64,000 nucleotides of DNA from NCBI GenBank assembly GCA_973895155.1, contig OZ316891.1:14601037-14665036 (forward strand), in the 5' to 3' direction. Source of the DNA: Marsupella aquatica (lineage: Eukaryota; Plantae; Marchantiophyta). Made by a program: the position numbers and the translations under genes. Positions 1 through 13,900 of the stretch are shown here, one piece after another (positions within the stretch are counted from its first letter, which is position 1; every line of letters begins with the position of its first letter). The notes below the pieces were generated by a model that saw only the letters and a program-made list of their open reading frames with translations, was not told the origin of the DNA and made no database searches.

Positions 1-483
1 AAGGCAATGCAAACTCCAATAAAATGGATGTCAAATAAAAAAACATCAGTTCTGGACATTGCATCATCGCAGGAATATAGGCAGCGATACGTGCATCAGG
101 TTTTACATTCGTAACTTTCAAAAGTTGCCCAAAGTCCCAACTGTGAGTAACTTGGTCCCAATCACGTAATCAAGAGTCGACCACGCACTAACCCAGATTA
201 GTGCAAAGTTAACCATGGTTTGTGGGAAACAGTAACCATGGTTAGAGCATTCCCTATATAAGGAGGAGCGAGATGGCCATAAAAGTTTAGTTTGATCGCC
301 ATATCAAACAACATTTGTCTTAAAGAAAATACCAAACTCCTGTCAAGTCTTACATTCCTATAAGGAGATTTGAATCTTTCTCTCAAAAACCCGATAAATT
401 TATCGGAACTTACATTCCGATTCGAGTATTATCAATTATGTAAGGTTTGTTATTCATTCATTATCAATGTGAGAGGATTTCAG

Positions 484-710
484 TGAACATGCGATAAATT
501 TATCACAATCCGCATTCCTCTGTTGGATTTAGGATTCCAGCAAACATGCGATAAAACTATCGCAGTCTGCATTCCTTGGTTAGATTCAGGATTTCAACAA
601 ACATGCGATAATTTTATCGTAGTTTGCATTCCTCTGTTGGATTCAAGATTCCAGCAAACATGCAATAAATTTATCACATTCTGGATTCCTTTGTTCGATA
701 AATTTTGATA
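484..710. repeat. 57-bp tandem repeat, ~4 diverged copies, each with a GATAAATTTATC-like palindrome
   Basis: AACATGC anchor recurs at 486, 543, 600, 657; the spurious ORF 523..708 shows the matching 19-aa period. Confidence 0.85.
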
Positions 711-1949
711 AAGTTTTGATAAATTTATCGTTGTTTGTATTCCAAAGATTGATATTGTTTTATCATTATAGAAAGTTACAAAAGTAAGAATTGTTGGTAT
801 GTTGTTTGTGGGTGTTTATAGATAGTCATGTTTGGACTCATTTTGAAGCCCTCAATGAGCCTGGTGTTATGTTTTCCATGTTATCTTTGGTCCAAATTTG
901 TGTTCCAAATATTTCTCAGAACTCTTGTTATATTTGCTCAGGTGCTTTGCTAAGTCCTTCCTCTCCAATGCTTGTGCCCGATGCTCGTTTAGCAATGTTG
1001 AGAATTTTCCTCAATAATAAAAAAGTTTAGAACTTTGCTGGATTGATAACAATAAATGTATCGGGTTCAGTATTCAAACACTTGATTTGATTACCATAAT
1101 GTTAAACCATGACAGCGATAAATTTATCGGGATAAGTATTCAAGCTATTCAAACAATATATTCACACACAATTACCAAAGAAGAAGCATTGGAATCCGCA
1201 ACCCAATAAAATTATCGGGAGTAACACACGGGTTTAGAAACTTACTCTTTTCTGCTTCCTGTTCCTCACCCGGAGACTGAAAAATCCGTCGTTGAATGTG
1301 AGTTGAATGTGGCGACTTGAATGCCGAGTGCAATACGCATATCGGTTGCCGAATACCCTCTCCATAACCCGGGATGGATGGCCTGAAGCGACATCTCAAA
1401 CCTAAACGTAGGATTGAAATTTTCTCAATTCTTGGCGATGGAACGCTCAAGAGATGACATTTCTCAGGTTTATTAGGCGACACATAGTAAGAACTGGGCT
1501 TAGGACCAGAACTTGCATCAGAATCCCAATCAAAGTCAAAGATTTCAGGCACAATCTACTATGCGAGAGGTAGAGCTTTAGGGATGCGACTTGGCAAAGA
1601 GCAAGCGACAACATTAGGAGAGGATTTTAACTAAACTTGAAGGTGAATCTGTGTCTGATTGAGACATGGTTATCCGAGACACTATGGGGCTTTGCATACG
1701 TCCCCTCAATCAAGGAAAACGAATGGCTCAACAGACAAAATGTTGCTCCAAGAACACAACTCCAAAAAATCTCTACTCTGGATAATGACACCAAAAACTC
1801 ATAGGCGGTGGCCCTTTTATAGTACGTGTCTGTTGAGGGGTTGGCCCACATGGCCACTTTTGATTGACTGTCTCGCTAAACGACAAAATAACAGAGAAGG
1901 GTATATTTCTTGAATATCCAATTTGATTCTTACATGTGCATCTTGGCAA

Positions 1950-2712
1950 AATTATGTAGTTTTGAAATTTGAGAGATAAATATATCTATGTTTGTATTGC
2001 AAAATAGATTTTATTCATATGGATGTTTGCAGTTTTGGAATTTAAGCGATAAATTTATCTGATGTTGGTATTGCAAAAGTGTTTTCTTCATATGGATAGT
2101 TGCAATTTTGAAATTTAAGCGATAAATTTATCCGATGTTGGTATTGCAAAAGTGTTTTCTTCATATATGGATAGTTGCAATTTTGAAATTTAAGCGATAA
2201 ATTTATCTGATGTTGGTATTGCAAAAGTGTTTTCTTCATATGGATAGTTGCAATTTTGAAATTTAAGCGATAAATTTATCTGATGTTGGTATTGCAAAAG
2301 TGTTTTCTTCATATGGATAGTTGCAATTTTGAAATTTAAGCGATAAATTTATCTGATGTTGGTATTGCAAAAGTGTTTTCTTCATATGGAGAGTTGCAAT
2401 TTTGAAATTTAAGCGATAAATTTATCCGATGTTGGTATTGCAAAAGTGTTTTCTTCATATATGGATAGTTGCAATTTTGAAATTTAAGCGATAAATTTAT
2501 CTGATGTTGGTATTGCAAAAGTGTTTTCTTCATATGGATAGTTGCAATTTTGAAATTTAAGCGATAAATTTATCTGATGTTGGTATTGCAAAAGTGTTTT
2601 CTTCATATGGATAGTTGCAATTTTGAAATTTAAGCGATAAATTTATCTGATGTTGGTATTGCAAAAGTGTTTTCTTCATATGGAGAGTTGCAATTTTGAA
2701 ATTTAACCGATG
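1950..2712. repeat. 73-bp minisatellite, ~10 units, with a 294-bp higher-order period
   Basis: GCGATAAATTTATC at 2046, 2119, 2194, 2267, 2340, 2413, 2488, 2561, 2634 (spacing 73/75). Variant bases recur at 294-bp intervals. Confidence 0.95.
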
Positions 2713-5700
2713 AACCGAAGGATGTTAGTATCGTCAGCAAGTATTTTGGCCGTCCGGAGTTTTTGCGATAATTTTATCGGACGGCACATTGCGGTTGAGA
2801 CAACGACATGTTGACTATGGTCACTTGCGGAGGTAACTATGGTCAATTGCGGAGGTAACTGCAAGGTAAGTTTGACGAACCGTGCAATAATTTCTTATCG
2901 ACTATGATGTAAAATAGTTACGGTAAATAACCAAAAATTGAGAAAACTGAGATTGGGTCGGAACTTTCATGGTTGAAATTTGGAGTCCGATACAGTTATC
3001 AGACTTTGCTCAAAAAGTGGATATGGATTTCTAGATAAGACCTTTCATATATCTTTGGAGAGCGTGAATATGAGGTTCAGGCGAAAGTTTTTTGGATCTA
3101 ATTTTTCCTTGATAAATTGAATGTTTTTGAGCACGAATTTCAGTGGTTTGGACCATTCCTAAATTTCCTGATTCAATTTGAACTCCGATACGGATTACAT
3201 TATTTCCCCAAAAACCTGTTTTTGATTAAAAAAACCACCGATTTTGCGAGATTCGGCGGAAAATGAAAACACACTTCTCGTTTGCGGAAATAGTTCTCGT
3301 TCGATCGGAAATCGTGTTTATACTCACTAGCCCAAAGTTGTGCGTTGCATAATATTGTCAATGGTGAGTGTTTTTGAACTAATGTTGTCAAGCATAAAGG
3401 AGATGGTTAGGCAGTCAGATGGTCCAAGGGAGTCAAAGAGTAGATTTGACAATTAGATTTCAATGAATGGACAAGCATGTGCAAGCTGTGGGAAAGTGAA
3501 GGGTTGGATGGGATATATAAGGTGCACGGTTACACCTTCTTTTTTAAGCAGAAATGTTGCCATGAGAAAGAAAGAGAAATTGCAAATTATGGTATTCAGA
3601 TATTTGTATTTAACCATATTACACATTGTCTTCCTTGCACGATGATGGCTTATATCCTCCAACTCATTCTTGCATAGTAAACTTGCACTAGTTCAATACT
3701 GTTGCACAAAAGATGTCATTGCAAAAAACATTTGTTGAGTAGAAGATGACATTGAGCCAAAGATCGCCCGTGAATATGAACAACTTGGTGGATGTTACCT
3801 ATGCTTGTTAAAAAAATTAAATTAGCCCAAAAAAACCCTCAAAAGTAAGGGGGTTTGTTGCTCAGTTGACATAGATTACAAGACAAAGAGAAGGCCCTAC
3901 TTAGGCTAATTAAAACATTATTGTTAACCCATAACAACCAGGATAACAACATAGTGATCATAACAGGTCAGGTACATTGACCTGGCTCATGCACCAACAC
4001 CACCGTAGTGCCATCCCAGTGTCCAAACACCATTGTGGTGCCATGGTTGTGCACCAACCCCGGCACCAACACTGTTGTAGTGCCATCCTGGCTTGCGCGG
4101 GATCTTTGTCAAAAATAATTCTCATGTCAGGAGGAGATAAGTAGATGCCAGATTGCTACACCCATGATCCCTCCTGTGGATGGACCATTTTACCGTGGCC
4201 AGGAAATTATCTATTCCCTTACAAAGAGAAAGTAATTTTTTGAGCACAAGGAGATTCCACGCGATTGTCACTATCACGTGGGTAATAGTTTTGGAGATCT
4301 CTCGATCTATCACATGGGTAAGGGTTACAGTTTTGAGATTCCACCACGTACAACTAACTAAGTCCATCTCTAGCAGTGGGATCATCAGGTCTTGCTTTCA
4401 TTGGGGGTCTCACTACAAGGGGGGTCTCTTGTCACGTGCAACATGTTTGTAGCATTTTTCACCTACATGGTTTTGGAAGATTCCAAGAATATTCCAAATT
4501 TGGTTGTTAAAACCTGTCTTTGACTAAAATTCTCAAAATTGGATTAAAAGACCCCTAATGTTTTTCCACAAGAAATTGCAAGTCTTCTGCTAAACCTAAT
4601 TAAAAAACCCCATATGTACGTATTTGCACATCATGGGTAGAAAGAAACAAGTGAAGACCCTAAAGGTCATGCAAAGGCCGCTTTACCTTATAATTACATA
4701 TAACTAGCACATTCAAATGCATTCCATTATTGCCTCCATTTTTTAATTTACTGTAATATTTTAATTTACTGCCTCCCAACCTCCATTTTGGCACAAAAGT
4801 CGGCGGGAAGCAGTGCCGGTTTGCCAACCTGTATATGATTTTAGGATCATCCAAACATCATGCAATAGGATTTGCTGCTTGAAGTTTAGGCTTGTGCCAA
4901 AAAGATGTAGGTTGGGTAAGCCACGGCTTGACTCCTGCATGTGTTGATCCGTTGTGCACAGGTAAACTCAAAGGAAGGTTTGGGGATGGCGGTGTTTTTG
5001 CTAAACCCAGAAAGGCACACCTAATTGATTTGGCAAGTTTTGCAGGCACATTGAGGGCCCAGTCCATGGCCACAAATGGGGATTTCCAGTTTGCAGCCTC
5101 TACACCACTGGAGATGCTCATTAAAGAAGCAATTATGCATGCCAACCAGGATGCCAGCATTTTGAGTGGTCCCACTACCACATGGGCAACCACTCACTCA
5201 CTCAGTCACTCACTTACTGCACAACTGCTACTGCAAATGGCATTCACCTTATATCACACTTACAATATCACTTTAATTGACATATGATTGGGAGATGGAA
5301 TATGAGAATTTTGGCCTCAATGCTTCACCCTATCTCTCTTTTGGCTTTCATACGCTATATGTTCAGCTCCAAGGTCTCACTCTGTTTCCAATGGCTCTTT
5401 CTGCTGAAGAAGATGCAGCTCCATTTTGTATTGTGCACACATATAATGGCACGGATACACCATCACTATTTGGTTTGCATATGAGTCTTTTTATGAGAAT
5501 CCTGCATCACTGCCAAATCTTTGAATAGTTGATCCTGCACATATGAGACCTTGCACCTGTCTTCTCCTTCAGATGGCAAGGCATCATCAAAAGAAAGTGT
5601 CTTGGAAATTGTATGGGAGATACATGTCATGAATTCCATTATTTGTTTCTGTAATGTCTCCAATTACATTACAGATTTCCTGTTTCATGTGGCTTCCACT

Positions 5701-5802
5701 AGGGATAGTTACCTTTGTTTCTCACCACATATTGTTGTAGGCAGATTGGGGCACTGGGATCAACTCAATGTCCATGCTAATTATACCTCTCACTGGAAGC
5801 AA

Positions 5803-5955
5803 TTTTTTATTTTTTATTTTTTAATTAAAAAACAAATTAAGGGGGAAATCTGTGAAACCCCACAGAATGGGAAGAGTCAGCCCTAACAGTTGAACCCAAG
5901 ACCTATCAGTCTCTACTCAAATGAGCTACCACAAAGTCATGTCTCTATGGGCATT
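5803..5955 (-). mobile_element. Degenerate tRNA-derived SINE
   Basis: Minus strand has A-box-like TAGCTCATTTG and B-box-like GGTTCAAC, ends in an A-rich tail (T-run at 5803-5822 on +), and is flanked by an imperfect CTGGAAG(C/T)A repeat. Confidence 0.45.
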
Positions 5956-7099
5956 GCTGGAAGTAGATTTGGCTCAAGGAGCAATCTATCAGTCAAAGAA
6001 GCACTAGTTTTGGTTGGTTTGTAGTTTACAGAATTTGCCGGTGACAATGTCTTAAAGGAGGGCAGGAACTCTACAGTGTAGTAATTTGTGTAGTACTGAT
6101 AGTCAATTGTAAAATAATTTCTGGCTAATGAGCCCTATAGTGGATTTAATGGTGGCAAATGTAATTTTTTTTCTTCAAATTTTAGCCCCTGGTATCATTG
6201 GCCAACTAGTTTTGTAAGGTAAGTGATTGGCTAGTATTTGCCCACAAAAATGGCTGTGAGACCCAATCGAGGACCCAAATCCAAAGTTGGTTTGCTTCAC
6301 AATAGTTCCAAACTTAAGCATGTGTAGATTAGGACTCATGGCAATTCAAAGAGTACAGCAAGGACCATGTAGTATGATCTATAGGTACTGTTGTCAAGAA
6401 TCTCCATGCCCCTTGCTCTTAGTCACTTTGAAAGATTTAGGAATTCTTATACGGTTCCACGAGTTGATACTTTTGGCTCAGGAGAAATCATGTAGCCTAT
6501 AATCCGCTCTCTGCCCTAGAAAGCATTAAAAACAGCTCAGTAATCAAGATTTGGTTCCATGTGGGATGCTATCATGTGTTTTGGCAAGAGACTGCATCAA
6601 AATTACACAATTGATCTTATCAAATTCTGACAATTCCAGTCATGATTCATTAGAACTCAGGGTGCATCTTTGCTTGGCTCTATGATTCATGATCAAAATT
6701 GTCACCTACCCCATGTTCCATTCTGAACCTTGTTGTTTAAGGTACTACTTCACCCCCGCCTTCAATATTACTAATTTAACCAAGTCTATGACTAGGGTTA
6801 GCCCTAACTACGGTTATAGTCGTAACTCTAGACCTAAGAGTAAATGCCTAACACCAAAAACAGTGAGACCCATTAATTGTAAAAGAACTTTATAGAATTT
6901 AAAATAACAAGTATCCAGGTCAAACAAATTTACCCTATTGGGTATCTTGTCAATATTATACAAGTGTTTCACATCAAAACGCTTCTTAGATATTAAATTT
7001 GTTGCAAGTTTTTTAAAAAGCAAACTGGTAGAAATGGACACAATTGGAACCCCTTGGGTCTAAGCTGTATAACAAACTAACGGGCCTTCTTAGTATTTT

Positions 7100-7580
7100 A
7101 TGATCTTCATAAATTTACATCTTCTTAGTATTTGACAAGATTTCTCAGTTTTTAGTTCATTGGAAAAGTAAAGAAATTCAAAAACTCATGATTTCCTTAC
7201 TACTTGACAAAAATTATGTCAAGTCCATTGGAAAGCTAGAGATACACCCAAAACTCATGATCTCTTTAGTACTTGAATAAATCTGTCCATGTCCCATTGG
7301 AAAGCTAACAAGATTAAGATGATCTCTTTAATACTCGACAAAATCTATCAACATTAAATTCATTGAAAAGTTTGAGAAAATTAGATACTCATGATGTCCT
7401 TAGCACTTCAGTAAATCTGTCAGTGTTAAGCTCATTGGAAAGCTAGAGAATTTCATAACCTCGTGATCTCCATAGTATATGACAATTGCCAATGTTATGC
7501 TCATTACAAAGCTAGAAAATCTGTCTTGTACATTCATAATCTCCTCCTTGGTACATGACAAAATTTGTCAGTGTTAGACT
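7100..7580. repeat. Degenerate ~65-70-bp tandem repeat, ~7 copies
   Basis: Recurrent CATTGGAAAGCTAGA...CTCATGATCTC...TAGTACTTGACAAAATCTGTC blocks. Confidence 0.7.
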
Positions 7581-10500
7581 TATTCAAAAAATTATTTCCA
7601 AACTTTCTAAGTGTTTAGGCATCTAGAAGGTTTCATTCATATATGAGTGAGAAATCTGCTTCAAAATTTGAAATAGATTTTTGGTGCGGACATAGTTACT
7701 TTCAACAAAGCACAAAGTGATTTAGAAATTTGTGAGCTCTTGAACTCGGGGATTTACTTCCACAAAAATGACACATCACGTGCAACTAAGCATAGGATCA
7801 TTTTATTGGTTCGAAGGGAATACTTAAGAATTTTCTGAGAAGAACAATAGTCTTTTTAATCCAATTTTGAGACTTAGAAGAACATTAGGGTCCTTATTAG
7901 TTTTATAGATATGTGGTCTACGTTTTTGTTGCTGCCTTGTCTGAAACATAAATAGTCATGTTTGGCTCTTCTTGTATAGCTAACTGCCCTTGCTTGTGAC
8001 CAAGTGCTTGCTTCCAGGCATTTTGGAAGTGGCTTCTCATGGGAGTCCATAAAGAAATTTGGAAAATCATAATCTCCCTTATACTTGATGATATTCTGCA
8101 ATATTAGGCTCATCAGAAAGTTCTCAAAAATATTGCCAAGCATTCTAAGGACACCAAAGGTTTCATCTATAAATGAGAGCCATTGAAACGGATTGAGGGT
8201 CACTCTAAGTCAACTATATTTGTTAAGCGTTGAAAGGATGGAGACAAAGAAATTAACAATGACCACCCAAAATTGGACCCCTGGCCGGCTTGGTTTATAA
8301 TTTGCTGGCGATTGGGAGATAAATAAAAGATAAATAATAAAACCGGGAATAAAACATAACATTTGGATATTAAAATTGATCCAAAACAATTAGCATAAAT
8401 GGTCATGAAGGAAGAAAACTAAAAAACTAGGGAGATGAGCATTAATGTAGAGATCCAAATGAATTGGTTTTCAAAGTTACTTAGCAAGCCCATCCAAATG
8501 AACTTCATTTTGCAGGTTGTTCCATTACCCATGCATTCTTTATTCACATGATATAATATTCACACACCTGTCCACACTTTTCATAGAACACTTAATCTCT
8601 GAGTACAAGTCTCTCTAATTCAATTTAACTTTGTGAAAGGGAGATGGTACCAGTCTCACTAATTGAATTTAAGGTTGTGAAAGGGGGGAACTCAAAGCCA
8701 GGATGGACTGATACATTGTCCACGAACAAACCAAACTTGGATGGACTTGACTCAAACACAAGATACTCATGGATACTACTTCTCACACTTCTGTCCTAAT
8801 ATACCCTATCACAATACCACTTATGTTCACCTCTGTCCACTTTTGTGCAAGGGTACCATGTATTAGCCAGATGTATTGATCGCAAGCTTCATTGTAATCT
8901 TTTAATATAATTTTCAGTCAAGATATTCACTCTAACCATTATTTTAGAGTTCAATGAAAAAATTTAACTAGGTACATTTAGGTATTTGAAAACTTTATCT
9001 GGCCTTTATAGTAAAATAAACTATATGTAGACTAAGCGCTTCACAATTTACTCATAGTGCCTCAAGTAGTTTGTCCAATGATAAAAAACAATTCAATTTT
9101 TCTTAAGATAAATTTTTTGTTTATAACAAACCACAAAACATGGGGAGCATGTAACAAAATGACCAATGAACCAATGGAACAATTTCCACCAAGGAAAACT
9201 GAGGGGTTGGTCTCTCAGTCTCAAGAGCATTTTCATAGAGCATTGCCCTTGAGACTGGAATGTAATAATTTTGCCTTTTATAGAGTTTAAAAAGAATTAA
9301 TTCTCAAAAACATTGTTATAGTATCTCATTTTCATAAATTGTTGCATTTGACATAAGGAAGTTTGACTAATTTTGCTTGTGCAAATTTCCTTGACATTTT
9401 AATATAAAGAAACATTGTTGAGAAATCATCTTTTCAGAGAGTGCCGCGCTTGTTATAAAAAGCACTTGGAGTACTTTTTCCTTTGCAGAGCTCCAAGAAA
9501 TTATGTTTTTTTATTACAAAGAACACTTGGAGTATTTCTTACTTTGCAGAGCTTCAAAAAATCATGTTTTTTTATAGTGTTATGTTTGTTACAATAAGCC
9601 CTTCGAGTACTTTGCCTTGCAAAAGTACTCATTTCTTGCAGGTTTTCATTTCATTTTTAGGTGCAAACATTTATTATCTAGATTCTTTCATGTTTAAGTG
9701 TAATGTGCTCAGCTCCTTGTCACAGTCCATTGGGACCTAAGCATCCAGGCTTTAGTTACCAAAGGGAGACAGGGTTCACAATCTAATTTTAGTATCAACA
9801 ATAGGCGTCAAGAGAAAATGAAAACATTACATTTGACCTCAAATTTTAGCTTGTGCTGTTCACCCTCATTTGTAATAAAGCTCTTGAGTGGCTAAATCTT
9901 AAAACCTTATTCGGACAGAACTAATTGATAGAAAGATCCACTTTTTCCATGTACAAAGTTAACACGCACATCCTGGAGTGATCAAAATAGGAATCACAGA
10001 ACTCAAAATAGGAATCACAGAACTTATTTGAATCTCTGTGAAGACGAAGTTCACGAAAGGCAAATCATATAGTAGTCCAGTATTCATCTTCTCGACAGTG
10101 GGGGAAGAGCCCCTTTCCATTCACCCCCTAGGAATTGAACACTTGACCAAAGATGAAGTACAACAGAGGCAAATCACATGCTAGTATAGTATTCACCTTT
10201 TCTACATTGGGAAAAGAGCAGCTTTCCATTCACCCCTAGGAATGAATTCTTGGCGCTATGTTGAACAAAGGATTTGAATAAGAAGACAACTCGGGCCATG
10301 CCCTGAAGGACAAGTTCTTCTTCATAGTAAATTCCAATCATGATTAATTTTATGAAAGTGCGTTATCCCCAAAAGTGTCTTTTGAGTGTAGTTGGCAGAT
10401 ATCCCTGGACCTTTCCATCAAAACTTACACAAAAGTGCATAAGCCTTAAACCACAGCTGCACATACGAGAGCTACAGGTAACACGTTCTTTCATTTTTAA

Positions 10501-10991
10501 TATGAGTGGAGGGATGGGGCAGGAGTGTTGGGGTGAGGCTTACCTTTTAAGGTGAACTGCACTTTTTTCGGTTGGCTCCATTATTCAGTGCTGACAGGAA
10601 TGACCACTAGCCGGGCAGGGAAAGGTGACTTTTATACGGGCATGTGTGATTTACAACATAAGCTTCATTCGAGGACTAGACACAGAAAACATATGTAAAT
10701 TCTCGGATTAATTACAGCCTCCTACACCCAGAGTCATCTATACATGATTTCCTCCGGCCAAACAATGTTCACACGGGATTTGGAGAGACCATCGTGATAC
10801 TCAGTGAATTACGGTAAACAAATGCGATCAAGGAAATCCTGGAACAGCTGGGCTACGACTACTACACCTGAAGGCAGCATGGTAATGGCTACATTCACGA
10901 AAAATCAATGTTTGTTCAATCATTCTTTACAATCTACAGCAAAATTCTCATCAAACCTCATTTGACAAGGATGTCGACACATTAGGTGTTC

Positions 10992-13900
10992 TCATCCTCC
11001 GAGATAGTGCAACAAGTGGTCACCAGTTTGCGAGGCCTTGAGCCGACAACTTTGCCCCAGATGGATGTCACCGAATATGTATCTGCTAGGACATGGTATG
11101 TGCATCTTCAGTCACAAAGTGGGAGAGGAGGTTGTGTAGAGTTAATCACACAACCAGAGCAAACACGGAAGGATGATCACAGAACGATGCACAGAAATGC
11201 ATTCCAAAATGTCGGAGCCTCAAGAAGAACACCACAAAAGTCACATCTCCAACTACTAAGTAAGAATTGCATATATGAGAGAAATAACGTCACCTGTATT
11301 CACACCGATCAGAAAAGCCACACCGCGCTCTCCCGTAGTCCCAATAGCAATCCTCGTCCCTCAGGGGATCCCGTTTGTCTGCACGCCAGCAAAATGAAAC
11401 AATAGTGAGTTTCTAGCAGCAACAAGAGTTTCCACCTCGCTTCTGATCCACGCCAGAGCCTCTGTTTGTGTAGAAAACAACTCGGATTAAAGCAAAGTAG
11501 AATTAACACACTCTTGCATGCATAAAGTAACTGAAACAGAACCAGAAATTATATGGACCTTTTGAGACAAACGTTCTCTTGGCGCCTTCATGATAGCTGT
11601 GGACAGTTTCAAGCCACAGCTCTCGCAAAAAAACCGGTTCTCGCACTATATTTCGATGACCAACTGCAAAACCCACAAGGCATTGAGATAGAAGGTTTCG
11701 TTGGCCGTCTGCGTAGGTGCCTTGACTTACGCCTACTTAGCGATATTTGGGAATCACAAAAACTAGACAGATGAAGTCTCGAAAGTCCTAGCGTTCCTTA
11801 GATCCCGGTTAATTCACTGTGGTGCCTTCAAATAAGCATATGATAGATTGGAAGGAAGGTCTTGGGACGAAGAAAAGAGGGTCATATACGGTAAGAGAAG
11901 ACAACCTTTGTCAAGTTCCCACACGGCTGTTTTCTTCCCCGGTCGGCTGACGGCATCTTCATAAAAGGTGACATACTTCGCATTTCTCTCTCGAGTAAGA
12001 TTATGGGTGATGTCTTCCCATTCCACATGCTCTATATTTAGCTCCTGCTGAACGTCAAGAACGTCATGGGCCCTCTGCGGAACAACATAGATGGCATGAG
12101 TTCAAAACCCAATGAATGCTGTCGATTCGGCGGTAGGTAGTTTATTTTATCTTGGTTCTGATCGATCATCTTCAAGACTCTCGCTGGTTTGCTTCATTCA
12201 TCCAAAAGAATGAACAAGAACATCAGATTCACGACGTGGATAACAAATATATCTTTGTCAGCACCAAACCAAATCTGTAAGGGTCTAGTGGAGATACGAC
12301 CCCTGCCTCGGAACTTTGAAACTCATGAAAGTAAAGTACTTTCGTGTCACCAACTGAAACGTAAATTTCTTCCCCTCGTATAAAGGTTGAGAAATGGGGA
12401 AAAACCAACCTGAGGTGTTCTAGTGACGTTAACTTGTGGACCGAGCCAATTTTTACAATAAGAGAGCGAATGATAAGGAACCTGCACTGCCACGAACACG
12501 ATTTACATCCATCCCACAGACATGGGGTAGTTAACTAGATTAGAAATGAATCAGAATTGAAGGCCTCACCATCCACATGCTTGCACCGGACCACAAGAAG
12601 ACTGACTACCTCCCAAGTAGCAATGCAGGAAGATGCACCGACCTGTCAGATAGGTCCGGTATGAAGTTTGACAAGGAAGCTATGCTAAGATCGGATCCGA
12701 TCCGATAAACATGGGATTATTGCATTGAGGAAGAGAACTCTCGCAAGGGATCTCAAGCACAAACCAACCGACAATTCATGATTGTTCAGAATCATGATGA
12801 AGAAGGGTGAAACGCATATCAGATGATTTTACGTGGAATGGAAGACGATTCGCCAATTATGTGGACCGCCTATGAATGGCAATTAACGTACTAGGTCGCC
12901 CAAGCATCTTCACCAGACAGACAACAAAGCGTAGCTACTACAACGGCCTGATAAGAAAAGCTCGAAGTGAAGCTGTTACGTATAAATGAGAGAATGATAC
13001 AATGGATATTATTGGGAAGAGATAGATATGCATTACAAGGTTCAGACCCTTACTGTCGTATCTCCACTAGACTGCCTATTGCGTCCTCCTACCTTCGCTC
13101 CCGATCTGTGGAAAAGTAGACAACGTGTTTACTCACTGGCGCTTTTCGGCTCAGATGTCAAAACAAAGTATGTATCACACGTGATTCCCAGATTTCCAGC
13201 AAATTCCAAAAATATGGCAATTACATACCTTACTGTACACTAAATAGACGATCAGGACACCATATGTCTAGAAAGGCCTATGGTGTTATTGTATGAAATC
13301 GTTAGAAAGCAAGGCGGTTCTTGAAACACAGTAAACGTTGCCCACCTGGATGCTATTTGTCCACCTTCAGTTTCATAAATGATATCAGTAATGAGCCAAT
13401 TGTCTGGATAAGGCTTTCCGTTTGGTGCAAAATGGTAGCCGATCTGCACGTCACCAATTATCATACCAAGGCTTGTTACGAAGGATCCGTCAAGGGACCA
13501 AGCCGTCGATTCAAAAGTAAATTGCAATAAGCTTTGAAAAGTTAACAGCCTTCTCGAAAACTACTGGATCGATTAGGAACAGGGAACAGATCGCCCTAAA
13601 AATTGAATGTGAAAAGAATGAAATGAGCTGCAATCTGTCTGAATAGATGCAGAAGGCGGTCTTCACTATCACCATCAGTCTACTCGTGTAACTTCATTCG
13701 TGTTTGTGCAAAGCTACTTATCCAAAGCACACCTAAACTGCTACCTGCAGAGGCTTCCAGCATAGAGAAGACTTAACAGGTCAGGAAAGATTCTGCCCGG
13801 CTATCTGAGACCACGCAAAAGATACAAAGCCAGAAATTACCTCTGTTTTCAGATCCACCCCATACGTGCAATAAACATTTTTTATGGGTGGTCTATCCCA

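Noticed and set aside
2046-2712. Regular palindromic array as a CRISPR array or a repetitive peptide gene (ORFs 2042..2239, 2336..2533)
   Set aside because: Units are head-to-tail and near-identical with no spacers; the ORFs are by-products of the repeat.
5280-5700. Possible transposase or pol relic on the minus strand
   Set aside because: Only fragmentary peptides with stops; no motif I can identify with confidence.
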